Below, one piece after another: positions 8,781-19,500 of a DNA stretch of 56,878 nucleotides. Below the pieces are notes generated by a model. The model saw nothing but the letters and a program-made list of their open reading frames with translations, had not been told where the DNA came from and did not search any database. The stretch spans positions 1 to 56,878 of IMG/VR virus record IMGVR_UViG_3300029981_000015; one strand, written 5' to 3'. Numbering within the stretch: the first letter of the stretch is position 1; each line of letters opens with the position of its first letter. The position numbers and the translations under genes are program-made. The stretch is from a virus. Taxonomy: Duplodnaviria > Caudoviricetes.

Positions 8781-9782
8781 ATGGATATTTCAATTCCTTA
8801 TTACGAAGACAATTCGCGTGTGTCAAGATCCAGTTTAAATTGGTTCCACATATCCCCAAGATACTTCAAAGATAAGTTAGATGGAAAGATACCAAATGAG
8901 ACATCTCCAGCAATGGAAAATGGAACAATGAAGCATGCTTTCCTATTACAACCAAATGAATTTAAGTCAATGTACAAAGCATTGAATTTCGTAACGCCAA
9001 CTTCAGCACAACAAAAAAAGTTTTGCCAGGATTATATTGATAGCAAGGCTCCTACAGTAGTTTTAAAGGCCGTAGAGGCATTTATATCTAATTATAGCAC
9101 AACTGGAAAGACTGGAGAAGTTATTGAGGCTACGGCCCTAGAAATGGCTTTAAAATTAAAATCATATATAAAATGGCTACGAAATAACAAATCAGGACAA
9201 AAAACAATGACCTGGTCTCAATTTAATTCATTAAAGATTTCAAAAGAGAACGTTTTGCTACACAAAAAAGCAAACGAACTAATATTAACTAACGAGGAAT
9301 CGCCTGAGGTAATAACTCAGAACGAGTTCCATATTAATTGGGAATATACAAATTCAGATGGCGTGAAAATAGCATGCAAGTCTCTATTGGATAGACTAAT
9401 TATTGACCACAAAAAGAAAGTAATAAAATTAATCGATATAAAAACGACACTTAGTAATAGCAATTTCGCAGATTCATTTGTGAAATACGATTATGGGCAG
9501 CAAATGGCATTCTATTGGATGGCGATATATTGGTATTTTAGACACGAACTTAATTTAGATATCGAGGAATATACAAACGAAACATATATTGTGACCATTG
9601 AAAACGGTAGCAATGAAGTAAAAGTTTTAAGTGTTCCAGATTCAATCATAATGCAAAAGGCAACAGAAGTAACACAAGACTTATCAGAAATAGATTGGCA
9701 TTTTAAATGCGGACTATGGGATTACACAAGAGAATATTACGAAGGTGATGGTACAGAATCATTACTTTATGATATTAAATGA
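8781..9782 (+). CDS. PD-(D/E)XK exonuclease (RecE/exonuclease VIII-like)
   Basis: VSRSSL, GTMKHAFLL, KSLLDRLII...IDIKTT and YGQQMAFY motifs. Confidence 0.8.
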   Translation: MDISIPYYEDNSRVSRSSLNWFHISPRYFKDKLDGKIPNETSPAMENGTMKHAFLLQPNEFKSMYKALNFVTPTSAQQKKFCQDYIDSKAPTVVLKAVEAFISNYSTTGKTGEVIEATALEMALKLKSYIKWLRNNKSGQKTMTWSQFNSLKISKENVLLHKKANELILTNEESPEVITQNEFHINWEYTNSDGVKIACKSLLDRLIIDHKKKVIKLIDIKTTLSNSNFADSFVKYDYGQQMAFYWMAIYWYFRHELNLDIEEYTNETYIVTIENGSNEVKVLSVPDSIIMQKATEVTQDLSEIDWHFKCGLWDYTREYYEGDGTESLLYDIK

Positions 9783-10302
9783 CAATTATAATTTATCACT
9801 ATTTCTATTACTTCCATTAACAACAGAGGAAGGTAAGGCTGAGAATTATTTAGAAGGATACGAAACAGCATTAATGAATGCATTTAATCACGACATAAAT
9901 AAACCATATTTGGATAATCACATACATTTAGTATTTGATACCTCGATGTTTAGAACAATAGAAGTAGACTCAATAACAAAAGACAAGAAACAAGACATGA
10001 TATCACATTACAGGATATCAGGAGTATTTGTAAAGTCTTATGCAATAAAAATAAAAGATGAATACTTATCAAGTAAAAACCTAATATTAGACAATAAAAT
10101 ATTTAATTTAAGGTACGATATAAAGATAAAAATATTCAAATTCTGGAACCTAAAAGCAGATTCTAAACTATTCAAAGTTCTATTTGAAGAAGGAAATCCA
10201 AAGGAAGACATAACGAAAGAAGTGTTACCTGAAGAAGATTACATAGAAGATGATTTTGATTTATCAATCATATCATTCAATCTAAGGGAGGAGTCATGGT
10301 AA
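9769..10302 (+). CDS. Hypothetical protein
   Basis: ORF open from 9745; ATG 9769 overlapping the nuclease stop is the likely start. Acidic C-terminus. Confidence 0.65.
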   Translation: MILNDNYNLSLFLLLPLTTEEGKAENYLEGYETALMNAFNHDINKPYLDNHIHLVFDTSMFRTIEVDSITKDKKQDMISHYRISGVFVKSYAIKIKDEYLSSKNLILDNKIFNLRYDIKIKIFKFWNLKADSKLFKVLFEEGNPKEDITKEVLPEEDYIEDDFDLSIISFNLREESW

Positions 10303-10385
10303 ATTCATTAGACTTCTACGATCCTGCAGATATAGGAATAGAGCCAACAAATAATAAAAACAAAAATGCCGACAGTGAGGATTAA
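10296..10385 (+). CDS. Possible 29-aa microprotein MVNSLDFYDPADIGIEPTNNKNKNADSED
   Basis: Read by hand. The ATG overlaps the upstream gene's last codons and is preceded by AGGGAGGAG. It ends inside the convergence hairpin. Confidence 0.3.
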   Translation: MVNSLDFYDPADIGIEPTNNKNKNADSED

Positions 10386-10398
10386 CTCGCTACCGGCA
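10362..10398. terminator. Probably bidirectional terminator at the early/late convergence
   Basis: On the - strand TGCCGGTAGCGAG-TTAATC-CTCACTGTCGGCA is followed by TTTTT. A T-run also follows on the + strand (about 10412-10419). Confidence 0.65.
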
Positions 10399-10440
10399 CT
10401 ATGTTTATATATTTTTTTTATACTCTTTCAACTCCTTCCA

Positions 10441-13400
10441 TCACAACCCGGAATTCCTGTCTCTATTCAACATTTTTATTTTTCTATTCAGAATTTTAGA
10501 ACCTCTGGCTTTTTTTCTGGCATTGACTCTCTGTCTAAGTTTATCTTCCTTAGTTTCATGATAGAAAAGTGGCTTATATGAATTTTCCCCTTTATCTATG
10601 ACACTTTTATTCTCGAACTTCTGTTTCTCTAATTGTTTAATCTTATCAGCATTATCGTGCGTACTATCAAACATGTTAGCAACTCCCTGAGTCAAGTTAT
10701 ATATTCCAATCATATTCTTACTCATAAAGTACTCACGTGCCTTTAAATCGGGTTTAATAAAGTTTTCAAAGTAGTTTTTATACCCTGGAGTTAATTTAAT
10801 TAATGACTTTTGCCATTTCTTATAGTACATATATCTACCACCTTGAACTTGATCAAATAATGTACCATCAAAGAATCCATCAGATACCTCTTTTAACTCA
10901 GTTATAGGCCCTTGAGCTGTTGTGGGAGACTGTATTAATCCGAATGCATCAGCAGGAGACATACTTGATCCTAACTCCATTTCCGTTCGCATTAATAGAG
11001 TAAAAATAAACTGTTCTATAGATCTTTTTTTATCATCATCAGAACTTCCTACAAATGATTTGGCAAACAATGTGGCAGCAGCTACCAATATTAATTTAGA
11101 TATATCTCCAAGTGTTTTTCTGAAGTTATATATGTCATTTGCTTCGTATTTATCTTGCATATGACTCATTTTACCTAAATGCGTTAAATTAAATTTAGAC
11201 ATTTCAGTCAATTTCTCTGCTAAAAAACTCATCATAATCTTAGCAGACGCTCCAGGAGTCATTAAAGTACCTGATGCCATTTGTTGTTTCCTATAATTAT
11301 ATTTCTTAGTAGCAAATCTTTGCTCTGCAGCAACCTGCATCCACCCTCTATTTAAGAATAAAGCAGAAGCAAATGCATCAGTATGTAATTTACCTTTATC
11401 AGCCTGAGTCAAAGTACCGTCTAATTTACTTCCAAGATCATGTACTATGTTTGCAACATAATTCCATGTCTTTTCATTCATTATTGATGCATATTTAGGG
11501 TCTATTTTAAGGTTTCCATCAACCACTTTGAATGCATCATATAGATTACCCTCAATAGAATCGAATATCAATTCTCCTTCAGATCTTTTACCAGGGAACC
11601 TCTCTGTTATGAATTCCTCTCTAGAGTAAAATTTACCTTCAAATGGTCTAAAGTTACTAAGAACTCCAACCATCATTGGACCTTTAACTACCAAATCCCC
11701 AGCAGTATATGGACCGTAATGAAAATTAGAAAGTAAGTTCTTTACTGGAGAGAATCCATGCAGATTTTGCATGTCTCTATGTTGAGATTTAGTAACCTCA
11801 AACGCCCTCATAAAGGATATAAGTTTATTGTTTGAGAAAGAAGCATTGTCTCTAGCGATAAGGCTCGGTAAAGACATTGTAAGCTCTCTCATGCCCTTTA
11901 ATAGACCTCCATTGTTCAACCATATACCACACGTAGCTTCGGTCTTTAGATTGATCGCAGATGCAGAAAAATTACCAACTATAGAGAATAAATTTCCAGA
12001 AAGCATTAACTTTCTTACATAATTAATGAAATCTCTTACTGGCTTTGCAATAGATATAGATCTAGTATTACTAAGTATCTTTAGATTATATTGATTAGCC
12101 ATCTGATCTCCATATACAGTATTAGATACAAAGTTAGAAGCCCTGTTATATATATTACTTTGTCCTGGACCCTTTATCTCCTTTTTACTAGTATCTCTTA
12201 CGGATAGATTCTTTATGGATTCGAGTAATAAATCAATGTCATTTGAATGCTTAGACATTTCTCTAAAATTTACTGCGGCTTTATAGTACTCAGCAAATGC
12301 GCCTAATACGTCTCTAGAGATACTATCTCTGTCTTCTAGCATAGAGCGATACTTAGTAGGAACAAATCTTACTTTACTACCATCTATCCTATAATCACCT
12401 TTAGTATCGTAGTCTCCTTCCATATTGTCGTAGGCCTTCCATTTTACTTTATCTTTCATTGCCGATGCAAATCCAGACATAAATCTATCTCCACGTATTG
12501 CCCTATCTAGAAACTTTCCAGGTATCTGGGCTAACCTATATTTAGATGGGTGTTGAATATAATCATAATTAGCATTTGCTTTTGCATATCCAGCTATTAA
12601 CTTATCATGAAAATCTTTTTTTGCTGGAGAATTCTGAATTAGATCATATGCATGTTTATTGTCATATAAAGATCTTTTAGGAATCATACCTTCTTCTGAC
12701 GAATCTGGATCAAAGTTTGAATTTATATACTCTGAATCTGGACTCATTTCTGACCATAGAGAATTAGGCTCATTAAATATATCTTTTTGATCTTTTGGAG
12801 ATAATTTAGTCCATAAAGAATATAATTGTCTATATCCATTCCCATCTGTATATGCAGTCCTTTCATCAAACTCGGCAACAGCTCTAGTATTACCCATAGA
12901 GGCTTCTTGCACTGCAGCCCTTAAAGCCTTTTTATATTCATCAGTAGGTTCTATTTTTGCTATATCTTTAAATTGCAATCCCGGTTTTTGACCATATTTA
13001 ATTCTTGCACTATTTAAAGCTAGATCAATTTTCTTTACCAAATTAGCCAAAGTCTCACCATTACTATTTACAATGGATTCTAACCTAGCAGCAGGGACTT
13101 CCATTGTATCTGGGTTTCTATAAGTGTTTAATATAGCTTTTCTTCTTTCATACAAATCATCATATGCTGGTAGTTGTGGATTTTTTTCAATTGATGTTAA
13201 TTTATCCCACCATTCTTGAGTAAATGAAACTTTAGTATTATTTTTAAACCATGTATTTGCATCATCCTGAGACATCTCTTTCACAACATTTTTATATGTT
13301 TCATTAAAAAGATCTATCTTAGTTTTATAATTTATTCCCTTATTTATTCGTTTGTAGAAATCAGATATTTCATCTGCTATATTCCTCTCAATACTCCCTT

Positions 13401-16400
13401 TTAGTTTCTCATCTCCATTGAGATTTACCGTAGATGCTAAATTATTCTTAATTATTCTAAGTTCATGATATGCGTTAAGATCAGCCGGAGTCATTAATCT
13501 AGTATCTATAATTCCATCAGCATTCTTAAACGCCAATCCAAACGAAGCCATATTTTGTTTTGCGTCATTTAGAGCTTCTGAGGCCTCAGAAGATAGAGTT
13601 TTTTTAGCATTATAGTATTCTGGCAAAAACATTCTTTCTGAATGATCAGATTTCCATTTATCAAACTCCTCATTGTATTGTTTAAAATCATTAGCGTCAG
13701 ATGGAGTAGCATAATCACTAGTTAGTCCGTACTTTTTAGCAAGTGCCTTTCTAAATTCAGATATATCTTTATTGAATTTTCCTCTTAATAGATCAGATGT
13801 AATATACCCAGTAGTTTTTCCATCAACATGCTCCATAAACTCATTATAAGTAGCGATAGGATTAGTTCTTTTTATATTAGTAAAAGAGTTTGCTAAATCA
13901 TTTAGAGTACCATCAGTAGCTACTATTTTAGTTATATTAGTCTGTATATCTACAATCATTTTATCCAAAGCCCTCAAGTGCTCAGATCTTTTATTTTGCA
14001 AACTACCAAGGAATACACCCATAGATGATAAATCACTATCGACCTCATTACTTTTCTTAAGAACCTCCTTCATTGTAGGAGATTTAGCTTCATCTGCTAT
14101 ACTAGCAAATATTTTAGTTGCATTATAGTTTATAACAGACTTAACTGTCCTACTCATTTCGTCAATAGTCTTATTTATACCAGATACTTGATGAACAAGG
14201 TCATCTACAACGTGTTTTGGTAGACTATTAAATATTCCAAAATCTCTAGATTCATATATAGTACGAATAGAGTCCATTACGCTTTTGTATAATGGTAGAA
14301 AATCTCTATTAATAAACATAACATCAGAAGATGCTATATCCTCATTATTTTTCATTGCATTAGATATGTCTAGTAATTTTAAACTAGTTTTAGCAACATC
14401 TAACTCAGCAAATTTCAAGAAACTGATAGCACTTGTAGCCGCATCTGCATTATCAATAGAATTTATAAGATTTTTCATACTATTAAAAGTATGTGCATCT
14501 GTATTTTTATTCCTTTCAAGTATTTTTAAATTTGTATTTAATCCTACTTTTATATTATGCATTAATGTCTCAGCATTACTGGTGGCTATTTCTAACTGAG
14601 TAGGTAATGAAGATTCTTTTTCTTTTGCAGAAGGTATTACTATTTTAGCAGCCTCTCTCAATTTTGACTTTCTACCTAAAGAAGCCATATTTGAGATAGT
14701 TTCGCTATTCTTACTTATTGCAACATATCGTTCTCCATCGACATTTTTAGTATATATAGAATCTTCTTTAAATGCAGAAAGAATATCTTTGTATAAATTA
14801 TCACTTGGATCTATTTTTAATAAAATCTCATTGGCATTTGATTTATCTAAAGACTCAACTATTGATCTAAGAATAAATGGAATGTCTACATTTTTAGTAT
14901 TGTCTTTTATGGAGATATTAGAGATTAAAAGTGAATTCCCTAAATTATAAGATTCAAATGTGGCCATCTTATTCCCACTAGAATATTCTATAGATTTATT
15001 ATCAAAATCTACATATGATAATTTAGATAGTAAGTTTTTCCTAGTAAAATCTATATCATATATTCCGGTATCAACTAAATTTTGGTTTACTAATTCTCTA
15101 GTTAAATCATCATTAAATTTAATAGCTTCATTAAGTGTTATTTTTCTTTGTTTAAACTCATCAAAACGTTTAGCATCGATATGAGATAATAGATTACTTA
15201 TTTCAGACTCAGTTCTTATTGCCTGCTCTCCCCCTATTAAGTTTAATTTACCATCTCCATATATCAAGTAATCAGCAAGATTATCGATCGTAGCATCAGG
15301 CCTGATTTCTTCTATTGGATTAGATTTATCGAAAAGTTTATTAATGAATTTACTAAATTGTTTGAAATAATTACTAATAGCATCAAGTAATTTGCTAAAT
15401 CTAGATTTAGACTTTCCATCAGATGTAGATATATTATTTAGTTCTTTTAACTTCCTAGTAAACTTATCCTCTAACACAGTGTTTATTAGTTCGTCTAATT
15501 TTTCAGGAGACGAATAGTTACTATATAATTTTGTTATATCCGACAGTTCATCGGAATGAGCAACTGCCTCTAATGCTAACTGATTATATATATGTACTAA
15601 ATCTGGGTTGTTCTTAAGCATATTTAAGAATGGATGTCCAAACATTTCGTGCATAGTAGTTTTAGCACTAAGTCTATTTGATACTAAATAAGACATATTC
15701 TTTTCTGAATCATAGAATCCTAGTAATCCATTGTTACCTTTTATGTATTTACTATCTGGAGACCCTTCATTATATAAACGAACTGCTTCTTCTGGTGAAA
15801 CTACTTCATATCCAATTCCAAATCTAGTTTTAAATCTATCGGCAATATTAGATACTACATTTATAGTAGAATTTGACATTGGATTAGCTATTCCCAATTG
15901 AGATGAATTTAATTTAGCATCAAAATTTATCTCTGTTTGTTCTGGAGATATAATAGATTTAGGCTTATCAGTAGCCATACTTATCTTTTCAGAATCAGAA
16001 AATGGGGTATTGGCAATTTCATTATTAGACTTTACTGCGGAGGCATATGCCAATTGAATTGAAGACTCTTTTACTCTAAATCTAACAGAAACATCACTAG
16101 GATTAATAAAATCTGCAGATTTATTATCTACAATATATACTTCTATGTTTGATTTGTCAAATTTATTATACTTTCTAGTTAATTGATTAAATTTTGTCTT
16201 TGATATAAACTTATTATAATACTCCTTATTTAGTGAATTTACAGCAGTTTGCATTACCGATAAATTCTTATTATATAGGTCATCAATACTTTTATTTGGC
16301 AAACTAGGATAGAAACCAGATTTACTGACAACTGGACTTATCATATCTAAATTGCCTAACTCGTTTAGTTGCTCTAAATTTGGCCACTCATCAGTATTGT

Positions 16401-16509
16401 TTCTATCCATCCACACACCCATTTTTGCAGCAAGCATTATAGGGTGTGTCTCAGACTCATTTACAAGCGTTTTAAACGCAATTGATTGTATATTAACACA
16501 ATGTTTCAT
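10441..16509 (-). CDS. Giant virion cargo (ejected) protein with zincin-like domain
   Basis: About 2020 aa; ORF open from 16530, with MKHCVN at 16509 the likely start. HEMFGH motif at 15634-15651, helical body and basic C-tail. Directly downstream of the RNAP gene. Confidence 0.7.
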   Translation of the reverse strand: MKHCVNIQSIAFKTLVNESETHPIMLAAKMGVWMDRNNTDEWPNLEQLNELGNLDMISPVVSKSGFYPSLPNKSIDDLYNKNLSVMQTAVNSLNKEYYNKFISKTKFNQLTRKYNKFDKSNIEVYIVDNKSADFINPSDVSVRFRVKESSIQLAYASAVKSNNEIANTPFSDSEKISMATDKPKSIISPEQTEINFDAKLNSSQLGIANPMSNSTINVVSNIADRFKTRFGIGYEVVSPEEAVRLYNEGSPDSKYIKGNNGLLGFYDSEKNMSYLVSNRLSAKTTMHEMFGHPFLNMLKNNPDLVHIYNQLALEAVAHSDELSDITKLYSNYSSPEKLDELINTVLEDKFTRKLKELNNISTSDGKSKSRFSKLLDAISNYFKQFSKFINKLFDKSNPIEEIRPDATIDNLADYLIYGDGKLNLIGGEQAIRTESEISNLLSHIDAKRFDEFKQRKITLNEAIKFNDDLTRELVNQNLVDTGIYDIDFTRKNLLSKLSYVDFDNKSIEYSSGNKMATFESYNLGNSLLISNISIKDNTKNVDIPFILRSIVESLDKSNANEILLKIDPSDNLYKDILSAFKEDSIYTKNVDGERYVAISKNSETISNMASLGRKSKLREAAKIVIPSAKEKESSLPTQLEIATSNAETLMHNIKVGLNTNLKILERNKNTDAHTFNSMKNLINSIDNADAATSAISFLKFAELDVAKTSLKLLDISNAMKNNEDIASSDVMFINRDFLPLYKSVMDSIRTIYESRDFGIFNSLPKHVVDDLVHQVSGINKTIDEMSRTVKSVINYNATKIFASIADEAKSPTMKEVLKKSNEVDSDLSSMGVFLGSLQNKRSEHLRALDKMIVDIQTNITKIVATDGTLNDLANSFTNIKRTNPIATYNEFMEHVDGKTTGYITSDLLRGKFNKDISEFRKALAKKYGLTSDYATPSDANDFKQYNEEFDKWKSDHSERMFLPEYYNAKKTLSSEASEALNDAKQNMASFGLAFKNADGIIDTRLMTPADLNAYHELRIIKNNLASTVNLNGDEKLKGSIERNIADEISDFYKRINKGINYKTKIDLFNETYKNVVKEMSQDDANTWFKNNTKVSFTQEWWDKLTSIEKNPQLPAYDDLYERRKAILNTYRNPDTMEVPAARLESIVNSNGETLANLVKKIDLALNSARIKYGQKPGLQFKDIAKIEPTDEYKKALRAAVQEASMGNTRAVAEFDERTAYTDGNGYRQLYSLWTKLSPKDQKDIFNEPNSLWSEMSPDSEYINSNFDPDSSEEGMIPKRSLYDNKHAYDLIQNSPAKKDFHDKLIAGYAKANANYDYIQHPSKYRLAQIPGKFLDRAIRGDRFMSGFASAMKDKVKWKAYDNMEGDYDTKGDYRIDGSKVRFVPTKYRSMLEDRDSISRDVLGAFAEYYKAAVNFREMSKHSNDIDLLLESIKNLSVRDTSKKEIKGPGQSNIYNRASNFVSNTVYGDQMANQYNLKILSNTRSISIAKPVRDFINYVRKLMLSGNLFSIVGNFSASAINLKTEATCGIWLNNGGLLKGMRELTMSLPSLIARDNASFSNNKLISFMRAFEVTKSQHRDMQNLHGFSPVKNLLSNFHYGPYTAGDLVVKGPMMVGVLSNFRPFEGKFYSREEFITERFPGKRSEGELIFDSIEGNLYDAFKVVDGNLKIDPKYASIMNEKTWNYVANIVHDLGSKLDGTLTQADKGKLHTDAFASALFLNRGWMQVAAEQRFATKKYNYRKQQMASGTLMTPGASAKIMMSFLAEKLTEMSKFNLTHLGKMSHMQDKYEANDIYNFRKTLGDISKLILVAAATLFAKSFVGSSDDDKKRSIEQFIFTLLMRTEMELGSSMSPADAFGLIQSPTTAQGPITELKEVSDGFFDGTLFDQVQGGRYMYYKKWQKSLIKLTPGYKNYFENFIKPDLKAREYFMSKNMIGIYNLTQGVANMFDSTHDNADKIKQLEKQKFENKSVIDKGENSYKPLFYHETKEDKLRQRVNARKKARGSKILNRKIKMLNRDRNSGL

Positions 16510-16519
16510 ATATATTATT

Positions 16520-19500
16520 TTATGCGCCAAAACAGGCTTTAAGTGACTCTAGCAGGTCTTTATCCATGCTATTAAATTGTTCTTCTGTCATTTCTTTTAA
16601 TCCTGACCTTTTAAAGCCTTCATTTATAGTTTCTATTTGCTTTTTATCAATGCCATCACTAGGCATATCCTCTACTGTGAATGTAGTCTCTTCTACTTTA
16701 TTTGGCTCATTAACTACATCAGTTACAGTGGGCTCAACTACACTTTCTATATTTGATATAATTTCTTTGTTTTTCAAATCAAAAGTAAGTATATTAGATG
16801 GTTTTACATTAGCATATAGTCCATTATATTGACCGGCCATTGATGCGGCTTCTCCATACTCTTGTGCTCCAATCCTATTCTTACTACTGAATGACTCAGG
16901 AAGTATATTGTTTTTAACCATAGAATGATTTACATTATGCTCTATCATAGATAATGCATTCTTTTTAGAACCTTTTTTATCTATTGCTATATACATTGGG
17001 ATTGGGAATGATTGACCTTCAACGCTAGAGGTACCATATAATCTATATAATACATAAAATGGTTGATCTTCTTTTGGAAACATTTGAATCTTAACAAATG
17101 GTCTATTCTCTTCTATATTACCTAATCCAGATAGTGGAAATGCATTTGTATTAAAGAATGCCAATGGATATTGAACACCATTAATTGTTTTTGTAGAGTC
17201 TATCTTTGGCATAAAAACCTTTCCTTCTTGAGTATATCCAAAATGCTGAACCGTAGGGACTAAATCCTCATCATACCATCTATTTTCAAATATATCTACT
17301 ATGTCTGGTATGGTTAATGCCTCATTATCATTACTACTTAACTCATCTAGTTTATCAGCAATAAATCTATAATAACCAGTATCACGTCTATCATATTCAG
17401 ATATCTTAACGGTATTTGAGGCATAATTGTCTCCAGTACTGTAAAACTGATACAGTAAGAAATCTTTAGCAAATTCTGACATTTCAGTATTGTCACTATC
17501 AAGAGCAGAACTATAATGTTGTTTTAGCTTTTCAGTTAGCCCAGGTTCATTGGTATTATTATCCCTAGGCCTAATTTGATCAGGTCTTTCTGCTTCAAGT
17601 CTACTATATATCTCAGCAGACATTCCTCTTAAAAAGTAATTAGATTTTACGTCTTCTGGAAATCGTTGTTGAATAGAGAATAATCTTTTTGCCATAGTAT
17701 GTTCACCAAAGAACATTTTAGGGACATTAACCTCCCTTTCTTTAGATAGTTTATCAAAAAAGTCAGACTTTAATTTAGTATCAACATACTTACTGATCTT
17801 AGTAATTATATCTCTATTATCTAAGTTTCGTCTGCCCATTGCATCAAGGATCCTGTCCGTAGACATTTCCACTGATTTAGTAGACCTAAAGAATACGCCT
17901 TGACTCAAATTTTTAGATAATCCAGCACTATTATTTAATTTATTATATATAAATGTATTATTAAAGAAATCTCCAACATTTGCGAACAAACTATTTGGAT
18001 CCATCATTATCTCATTTACCTTATCGGCAAATAGTCTTTGTGCTGAGAAGGCATTACCAGCCTTTTTTGTATCGACTTGAGAATATTTTACTAATTCAGA
18101 CAATGCACTAGCATATTTACTTAATTCTTTGTATGTTTCAAGTACTACTAATTGTCCATAATAATGATCGAAGCCAGTAACATTAGTTCTTGCCATATTA
18201 TTTATAAGGGTGTTCTTGTTAAATGCATTTTCATTATGTATTTTTACAAATCCTTTATCATTTTCTTCGTATAGATTTTCTAATTTCTTTTGATCAAATG
18301 AACTTTTAGCAGTTTCTTTTGCCTTCTTTTTATAAAAAGCGATCATGTTATTAACCTCTTTATCTATAGAAGACTTATCAGAATTTCTATTTCCAGTAAG
18401 ATATTCGCTGCCCTTTCTAGCCAAAACTTTATATATATCTTTAAGTGATGGTTGACTCAAAAAGAAGAATGTCTTTTCTCCGTAACCAGCCCTAAGTAAT
18501 AATGCGGTCATCTTATATGTCCCTTGATTAACTCCCATTCTAATGATATATGGATCTTTTGCAACATCTACATGCGCATTTACCATCGCAGACAACCAAT
18601 CAAGAATTCTTAATCCATCACTACCATTAATCTTAGCAATATCTTCTAAGCCAAATTTACTTACTACATTATTGTCTTTGAATTTAAGTCCTGCAATCTG
18701 AGTTAATACATGATGTACTCCAGCCAATGCAAATGTAGGTATACCACCTTTGCCACTAGCATACTCCATCTTCTTCCTACTTTCATAAGATAGTCTAGAT
18801 TTTGCAAATGGGATATTAATCATATCATCTTTATTGCACTTGTCTATTTCTTTTAATGCAGATTTAACTGGATCTGTAACGGCATCTAGAGGTATTCTAG
18901 TCTCATTTATACTGTCTGGATTAGACACTACAGCTAACATTACATCAATAAATCTATTTTGTATTGCTTTTGCAGAGTTTGTTTGAAATTTATTTTCTTT
19001 TGAGTCGTCCATTTGGGCCTTGATAAACTTATCACCGGACTTAACAAAATTATATCTTGATATATACAATTTATCAACGTCAAAGTCACTACCAGTAAGG
19101 GCAGTAAATTCGTCAGGCATTATTATTGTATCTCCCATAAATTCAGGTAAACAATCAACAAACTTTGCTGAAATTATAGATGATAAGCCCTGAGTTGGAA
19201 TACGATAGCCAATAGCACAAGTGGCAGAATTCTCTCCTATAATATTATTATCCAGCAACCATTGTATTTTTGCATTATGGGTATTTAGATCAGATGGAAG
19301 TATATCTTTAAACATAGTAATAGATATCACTACATCCATACTACCATCAGGATTATAAAACTTTAGTTTATTACCACCATTTATTTTGTATTGGGTGTTA
19401 GTGTTATCAAATGATTTTAATCCAAATGGAGTCATTTGAATAAACATGCCTCCTGGAGTATTCACATCTACAGTACTTTTAAGTATATGTGAAAGTATTT

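Noticed and set aside
10366-10581. 71-aa + strand ORF and the many short antisense ORFs in the track
   Set aside because: They are shadow frames of long genes with S/I/L/F-rich antisense composition. This one also spans the terminator.
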